Shown piece after piece: positions 58,778 through 64,000 of a stretch of 64,000 nucleotides of DNA (positions within the stretch are counted from its first letter, which is position 1; each line of letters opens with the position of its first letter). The stretch comes from a virus. Position numbers and translations under genes: made by a program. The notes under the pieces were generated by a model. That model searched no databases and was not told where the DNA came from. It saw nothing but the letters and a program-made list of their open reading frames with translations. The stretch covers positions 1 through 64,000 of IMG/VR virus record IMGVR_UViG_3300010883_000015. One strand, written 5' to 3'.

Positions 58778-58951
58778 ATGAAAAAGAGCAAAAACAAAAT
58801 AAAAACAACAACACAAAATAGATCTGAAATATTAGAAGGCAAGCCTGAAATATTAGAAAATAAAAAAATTATAAAAAATAAAGAAGAACGAGACTGGAGA
58901 TATCCTTGGGAAAAGGCGTGGAAGACTGATCTTAGAATAAAGTGGAATTAG
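58778..58951 (+). CDS. 57-aa basic, Trp-rich small protein (not in the ORF track)
   Basis: TAAGGAG RBS; MKKSKNK...DWRYPWEKAWKTDLRIKWN*. Confidence 0.55.
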   Translation: MKKSKNKIKTTTQNRSEILEGKPEILENKKIIKNKEERDWRYPWEKAWKTDLRIKWN

Positions 58952-59101
58952 ATAAAAATAAAGATCAAGCAAATTAAGAACTTATAATAAATTACTAAAA
59001 ATTATCAAATCCGTTTAGTTGTAAAAAAAATGTAAATTAATCAATTAAATTGTTGATTTAACATACTGATTAATTTAAGTAATAATATAAGGAGAATTTT
59101 A

Positions 59102-59560
59102 ATGGGATATCAAAGTACAAAAATATTTTCAGGATATAGCACAGCCTTCAGGCAGTGGAAAGCAACTCATTCTCATTGTAAATTTATGCATGGATATGCA
59201 TTAAGTTTTAAAGTATGGTTTGAGGGAGACATAGACGAAAGAAATTGGGTAGCAGATTTCGGGTCTTTTAAAAAGAATGGAATTAAAGACAAATTAAGTA
59301 ATATATTTGATCACACTACCATCATCGCTAACGATGACCCTCTTTTGGCAGACTTTGAAAACCTGCATAACAAAGGTGCAATTCAGATTATTATAATGGA
59401 AGATGTGGGGTGTGAAGTATTTGCTAAATGTGTATCAGATATGATAAATACAATAATAAGTAAAGAAACCAATGGAAGGGTGCAAGTCAAAAGAGTTGAA
59501 TGTTTTGAAGGCTCTACAAGCAATAGTGCAATTTATGAGGCTAATAATGAGATCAAATAA
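59102..59560 (+). CDS. queD: 6-carboxy-tetrahydropterin synthase (QueD/PTPS)
   Basis: FRQWKA..HCKFMHGY, WVADFG, FDHT, GCE, E..SNSA. Confidence 0.88.
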   Translation: MGYQSTKIFSGYSTAFRQWKATHSHCKFMHGYALSFKVWFEGDIDERNWVADFGSFKKNGIKDKLSNIFDHTTIIANDDPLLADFENLHNKGAIQIIIMEDVGCEVFAKCVSDMINTIISKETNGRVQVKRVECFEGSTSNSAIYEANNEIK

Positions 59561-59834
59561 TACTCAAATTGCGACTATAAGATTGAATTTATTAGATCTA
59601 AATAAAAGCGCGAATGAGCCTCAATTTAAATCTTTAATAAGCGATGGATGGACTGTTATTTCTTCATTGGCGGTACAAGAAGAAGAACGACCTACTTTAA
59701 TTTTACTGTTGGCTCCCCCTAAAGAAGAAATCAGGGTTAAAGTTGAAAAGGAAATAAAGATAAAACTAATAATCATGATTATTATTCAAATATTAATAGC
59801 AATTGTTTTAATAAAGGGAGGCCTGTATGCCTAA
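59547..59834 (+). CDS. small protein with C-terminal TM anchor
   Basis: start MRSNN after GAGG; hydrophobic C-terminus. Confidence 0.5.
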   Translation: MRSNNTQIATIRLNLLDLNKSANEPQFKSLISDGWTVISSLAVQEEERPTLILLLAPPKEEIRVKVEKEIKIKLIIMIIIQILIAIVLIKGGLYA

Positions 59835-60462
59835 GGTAATAGAAGAAATAGAAGTAGAAGAAGGTCAAAAAGTAGAAACAGAAAAAGTAGGGGAATGGGT
59901 GCACCTAGATCAATTGGTGGAATGGGATCAGAATCCAAGATTTAACGACCAAGCGATAGATCAAATTGCTGATAGTATAAAAAAGTTTGGTTTTTCTTCT
60001 CCTATAATTGCTAGAAAAGCAGATAACAAAATAATTGCAGGACATACAAGATTTAAGGCTGCTCAGTCCTTAGGTATGCAATTTGTTCCTGTCCGATTTA
60101 TGGACTTGTCAGAAACAGAAGCAAAGGCTCTTGCCCTTGCCGATAACAGGCTCGGAGAGATAGCATCTTGGGACGACGGGCTGTTAGGTGACGTGCTATC
60201 TGAATTAAAGAAAGAAGGCGTAGATATGGACATATTGGGCTTTTCTCAACAAGAAGTCGATCAATTGTTAGGAAATTGGACTGATCCTTTTTGGGATGAA
60301 GATGAACTTAATAGCAGTGAATTAAATGATGACGAAATAGAAGATAATGGTCAATCAATAATCTATATCACCGTAGCTATAAATAGAGCCAAAGATACTA
60401 GTGATCTCATTACAGAATTGCTAAATAGCAACAACATAGAACATACAATTAAATTAAAATAA
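59827..60462 (+). CDS. ParB/Srx N-terminal-domain protein
   Basis: NPR, SIKKFGFSSPII, IIAGHTRFKAA, LADNRLGE. Confidence 0.85.
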   Translation: MPKVIEEIEVEEGQKVETEKVGEWVHLDQLVEWDQNPRFNDQAIDQIADSIKKFGFSSPIIARKADNKIIAGHTRFKAAQSLGMQFVPVRFMDLSETEAKALALADNRLGEIASWDDGLLGDVLSELKKEGVDMDILGFSQQEVDQLLGNWTDPFWDEDELNSSELNDDEIEDNGQSIIYITVAINRAKDTSDLITELLNSNNIEHTIKLK

Positions 60463-60475
60463 AAGGATTTACAAC

Positions 60476-60952
60476 ATGACTGATGATGAAAAATATGAGT
60501 CTCATGGGAATTCTTCGCAATTAAAATCCCTTGGGAATGCCAAAACTAAATACCCAACAACGCCAGACGAGGCAGAGTTAGAGAAAATACCGTGGAAAGG
60601 AGAAGGCTTTAGTTACGTTACTTGGGAATGCCCTGAATATACTTGTGCTTGTCCCAAAACAGGCCAACCTGACTTTGCAACAGTCTATATACAATACATA
60701 CCAGAAGCATATATTGTAGAAAGTAAATCATTGAAAATATATTTATTCTCTTTCCGTAATTATGGTCATTTCCATGAAGTTGGGATTGAAAGAATTGCTA
60801 AAGATATATTTGATTTTATACAACCTAAATTCTTAAGAGTAGTTGGAGACTTCAATAAGAGAGGAGGGATATCAATTGTCCCTATTTCAGAATTTGGAGA
60901 TCTTTCTTTATCTAGCTCTATACCTATTCCTAAAATAACATATGGCTCTTAA
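60476..60952 (+). CDS. queF: preQ0 nitrile reductase, type I
   Basis: CPKTGQPDFA catalytic Cys/Asp, QueF motif ESKSLKIY, FHE, RGGI. Confidence 0.9.
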   Translation: MTDDEKYESHGNSSQLKSLGNAKTKYPTTPDEAELEKIPWKGEGFSYVTWECPEYTCACPKTGQPDFATVYIQYIPEAYIVESKSLKIYLFSFRNYGHFHEVGIERIAKDIFDFIQPKFLRVVGDFNKRGGISIVPISEFGDLSLSSSIPIPKITYGS

Positions 60953-61842
60953 TGCCTATTAAATTCCATAATTTAGTTTCTTTTGCATTATTTGGAGATC
61001 GAATTAATGAAGGCTTGCATCCAGAATGGAATACTATGTTGGATAGCGGGGGATTTACAAACTTTGTAAGAGGTAAAGATATTGTTACCTTGAAAGATTA
61101 TTGTATGTATCTTAAAACCGAAAAGGTAAGGTTTTGGGAATATATGGCTCTCGACCGAATTGGGGATAAAAAGATCAGCGGGGAGTATCTTAATAAAATG
61201 ATAAGCGTCGGTCTTGCTCCTGTTCCAATTTATCAGAGAGGAGAAGGAAGTGCCAAAGAATTAACTAAGATGATAGAAGCAAATAGATTAATTGCTATTG
61301 GTGGAATCTCTCAAAACCTTTCAGCCAAAGCCGAGCAAGAGTACCTTCGTAACGTAATGAGGGTGGTAAGAAAAGTTCCGACTGCAAAGGTTCATCTTCT
61401 TGGGGTAGGTGTTAGAGAAGCCAAGCTATATTGCCCTTATAGTTCAGATAGTAGCACTTGGGCTAGTCATTTTAGATTTGGGATTATTCGTCTTTGGCAT
61501 CAAGGTAAATTGTTAGACTTCCAAAAACATAAGACTGCTCAACACGCCAAGAGATATGTTAGGCCGAATCCAAATTACACACGATGTTTAGCTAAATATA
61601 GCCTGACTTGGAATGATCTATATGATAATGCCGATTGGTCTAAGCCTGAAAGTAAATTAAGCATAGCAGCAACTAGGTCTTGGATAAGGCAATCTAGGTC
61701 TTTGTATCGAAAAGATAGCAGATATTTATTAGCAAGTTTACCAATAAATGTTCAAGCGATTAAAGAGGCTTGGAATTATGAAAGAATTTCATGGGGTTGG
61801 CCTAAGTCTAAATTCATAAGTATACCATCTGAAAAGAAATAA
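60952..61842 (+). CDS. TGT-fold DNA 7-deazaguanine transglycosylase (DpdA-like)
   Basis: MLDSGGFT, LDRIGD, PVPIYQ, IAIGG, KVHLLG, SSDSSTW; coupled to queF. Confidence 0.75.
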   Translation: MPIKFHNLVSFALFGDRINEGLHPEWNTMLDSGGFTNFVRGKDIVTLKDYCMYLKTEKVRFWEYMALDRIGDKKISGEYLNKMISVGLAPVPIYQRGEGSAKELTKMIEANRLIAIGGISQNLSAKAEQEYLRNVMRVVRKVPTAKVHLLGVGVREAKLYCPYSSDSSTWASHFRFGIIRLWHQGKLLDFQKHKTAQHAKRYVRPNPNYTRCLAKYSLTWNDLYDNADWSKPESKLSIAATRSWIRQSRSLYRKDSRYLLASLPINVQAIKEAWNYERISWGWPKSKFISIPSEKK

Positions 61843-61870
61843 TTGTTATATTGTTGTCAATTGTTTCTTG

Positions 61871-61938
61871 TTCTTATTGATACATGATCATGTATTGATA
61901 TAATATATATATAATATTATTTATACATGTTCATATAA
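61871..61938. promoter_or_regulatory. palindromic AT-rich intergenic element, copy 3, overlapping a sigma70-like promoter
   Basis: TTCTTATTGATACATG...TACATGTTCATATAA, ends identical to copy 1; TTGATA-N16-TATAAT. Confidence 0.65.
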
Positions 61939-61976
61939 GATATTTATCATAAATGTAATAATTAATACTTAAGCAG

Positions 61977-62040
61977 TAATATAAATATATTTTAAAAGAC
62001 CCTATGAATAATATAAATATATTTTAAAAGACCCTATGAA
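61977..62040. repeat. perfect 32-bp tandem duplication
   Basis: TAATATAAATATATTTTAAAAGACCCTATGAA twice, immediately before an AGGAG RBS. Confidence 0.9.
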
Positions 62041-62051
62041 AGGAGATCAAA

Positions 62052-62369
62052 ATGGATTGTAGGTGGGCAACAACTGAAAGTATTAAAGAACTTAATTTCT
62101 GGTCTTCATCTTTTAAAATGAAAAGATACTTTACTGATAGATTAATTTCAATATTAGACCCTGAGGGTTATCATCTCTGTATTGGAGTTGTTGTTTACTC
62201 TAAAGGGAAGGGAGATTCTCTTGTTGATTACTATAGAACTCAATGGATGCTGAAATTAAAAGATCAAAAAAGTCCCCACATGGACTATATGGATATAGAT
62301 ATTAAAGAATTTAAAAAATTAACTCTTTCTAAGCCCGCCCCTTCTGATAAATTTAAATATAAAACCTAG
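62052..62369 (+). CDS. hypothetical protein
   Basis: AGGAG RBS; 105 aa. Confidence 0.6.
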   Translation: MDCRWATTESIKELNFWSSSFKMKRYFTDRLISILDPEGYHLCIGVVVYSKGKGDSLVDYYRTQWMLKLKDQKSPHMDYMDIDIKEFKKLTLSKPAPSDKFKYKT

Positions 62370-62383
62370 CTCTTTAAATAATT

Positions 62384-62581
62384 ATGAAATGTGAATTATG
62401 CCATTATTCAGAAAGTATTGAGTTGTTGGAAGATATAAAAAAAACCAAACAACATGAAAGTAGTATAACAATGATTTTTAGAACAAAAGAAAGTTTCATG
62501 TTGGTTTGCAAAGCCTGTATAAGTGAAAATGAAGCGATTATGAAATTATACAATTCAGATTTAAATAAAGGAAAAAAATGA
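62384..62581 (+). CDS. small zinc-finger protein
   Basis: CELC...CKAC. Confidence 0.5.
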   Translation: MKCELCHYSESIELLEDIKKTKQHESSITMIFRTKESFMLVCKACISENEAIMKLYNSDLNKGKK

Positions 62582-62925
62582 ATATTACAAATCTCGGCAA
62601 TGAATTAGATCATGATGAAATCAAAAAAGAACCCGAAGAAAGTCATGTTGATTTAAATACAGTTTCAAGTTTTTTCTTACTTTATAGGGATGATAATGGA
62701 AATATATCTTTATCAAATAAATCTTCATCGGCTGACGATAAAGTATTACTGATGTGGCATGGGTTCATGTTATTAATAGAGATACTTTCAGAGTGTATTA
62801 ATATAGATATAAAATACTCAAAAATATCCAATATAGCTTCTACGATAATAGAGGCTTTATCAGAAAATGGGATCTACACTTATAATGAACTACATTCAGA
62901 GCCAGAGAATATAGAAGAAGAGTAA
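62578..62925 (+). CDS. hypothetical protein
   Basis: ATGA-coupled; AAGGA RBS. Confidence 0.55.
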   Translation: MNITNLGNELDHDEIKKEPEESHVDLNTVSSFFLLYRDDNGNISLSNKSSSADDKVLLMWHGFMLLIEILSECINIDIKYSKISNIASTIIEALSENGIYTYNELHSEPENIEEE

Positions 62926-62926
62926 G

Positions 62927-63346
62927 ATGCAAAGCATGATAGATTTAAAATTGCTATTTAAATTTGGAAAAATAACAAGTTCCGTTTTAGATAAAATTAC
63001 TATTCTTGATTTTTCAGATTACTTGGATCCAATAGAATATTCTATATTAAGTATATTTATTAGCCATAGGACATTAAAGGGCGCTGATGATTTAACCTTC
63101 CAAAAGATAACATCGTCTAATATTTTAAATTCTTTTTATGACCACCTTAGTGCTAGTCTTTTATTTATAAGTATAAAAAGATTACCTTCTGGGTATTTAG
63201 TTATTAAACCTTATAGCTCTAATCAGGCTTTTGATTTTATGAGAGATGTTCCTCTGCATGTGGCATTGTACTCCTTTGGTGTACCGGGTAATGATGTTAA
63301 ATTTTTCATTAGAAAAAGACTTAAAGAAAATGATAAAAAAGAGTAA
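62927..63346 (+). CDS. hypothetical protein
   Basis: 139-aa ORF, tightly packed in the operon. Confidence 0.55.
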   Translation: MQSMIDLKLLFKFGKITSSVLDKITILDFSDYLDPIEYSILSIFISHRTLKGADDLTFQKITSSNILNSFYDHLSASLLFISIKRLPSGYLVIKPYSSNQAFDFMRDVPLHVALYSFGVPGNDVKFFIRKRLKENDKKE

Positions 63347-63348
63347 AA

Positions 63349-63951
63349 ATGAAAGTATTAGGATCTTCTGTATTAAGAAGTAAAAATTCAGAAAAAAGAG
63401 AAAAGAATGATTTTTATGCCACGGAACCTTGGGGTGTTGAATTGTTTTTATCTTGTCATAAGATGAATAATAAACTATGGGAACCTGCTTGTGGGCAAGG
63501 CCATATAGCCGAAGTTCTATCTAAACACGGCAAAGAAGTAAGGTCGACAGACCTTATAGATCGGGGCTATGGTAATAGGCTTGATTTCTTGACCGCAGAG
63601 GGTACTTGGGATGGGGATATAATAACAAATCCTCCATTCTCATTGACAGAAAGTTTTATAAGAAAGGGAATGTCATTACTTGAAGATAAGAATCAACTTA
63701 TGCTGTTTTTAAAAATACAATTTTTGGAAACAAAATCCCGATATAAACTTTTTAAAGAGTATCCCTTAAAGTATGTTTATGTTCATTCTTCTCGTATTGG
63801 TACTGCAAAGGATGCTGATTTTGAAAAATATAATGCTAAAGCAATGTGCTATGCTTGGTTTGTTTGGGAGAAAGGTTTCAAAGGGGAGAGCACACTAAGA
63901 TGGGTGCCTCCATCTTTAGATCAAGAAGATCAGTTTCAGATGTTTAAATAG
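63349..63951 (+). CDS. phage-type amino (N6-A/N4-C) DNA methyltransferase
   Basis: DFYATEP, WEPACGQG, IITNPPF, YAWFVW. Confidence 0.85.
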   Translation: MKVLGSSVLRSKNSEKREKNDFYATEPWGVELFLSCHKMNNKLWEPACGQGHIAEVLSKHGKEVRSTDLIDRGYGNRLDFLTAEGTWDGDIITNPPFSLTESFIRKGMSLLEDKNQLMLFLKIQFLETKSRYKLFKEYPLKYVYVHSSRIGTAKDADFEKYNAKAMCYAWFVWEKGFKGESTLRWVPPSLDQEDQFQMFK

Positions 63952-64000
63952 CCTATAATTCAGATTAGATATACACATGAAGCATAAGATTATAGACCGC

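Noticed and set aside
57704-58951. TAG reassignment or read-through suggested by TAGs at 57704 and 58949
   Set aside because: Core genes are intact under code 11 and several (tail tube, tape measure) end at TAG just before the next gene; no suppressor tRNA seen.
61977-62040. 32-bp repeats as a mini CRISPR array
   Set aside because: The copies abut with no spacer and there is no cas operon.
1-64000. tRNA genes, introns/inteins, integrase, reverse transcriptase/DGR
   Set aside because: No cloverleaf, intein splice motifs, recombinase or RT motifs recognised by eye; tRNAscan-SE and HMM searches would be needed to exclude them.

Overview
The whole window is AT-rich genome of a tailed dsDNA phage (siphovirus-like Caudoviricetes) with a bacterial host (AGGAG-type RBSs, sigma70-like promoters, intrinsic terminators). 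No integrase, tRNA, CRISPR array or DNA polymerase is visible. Modules: (i) gpA-type terminase and portal on the minus strand, interleaved with DNA methyltransferases; (ii) head, neck and tail genes on the plus strand, including a 1104-aa prohead protease fused to a PAP2 phosphatase domain, a dTDP-glucose dehydratase and a 953-aa triple-GT2/TPR glycosyltransferase inside the neck genes, a frameshifting tail chaperone and a 2210-aa tape measure; (iii) small minus-strand genes, a candidate lysin and a candidate anti-Shine-Dalgarno small RNA; (iv) Cas4-like nuclease, Sak4, SSB, RuvC and primase-helicase; (v) a complete 7-deazaguanine DNA-modification set (queE, folE, queC, queD, queF, ParB-like, TGT/DpdA-like). 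Nested between queC and queD is a nonulosonic-acid cassette (cupin, NeuA, short NeuB, pyruvyltransferase-like, methyltransferases, HAD phosphatase, Maf/CstII-like transferase). The best candidate for an undescribed system is a phage-encoded KDN/sialic-acid-like glycosylation pathway acting on virion proteins or on preQ1-modified DNA. All calls come from motif recognition only; no database searches were run.
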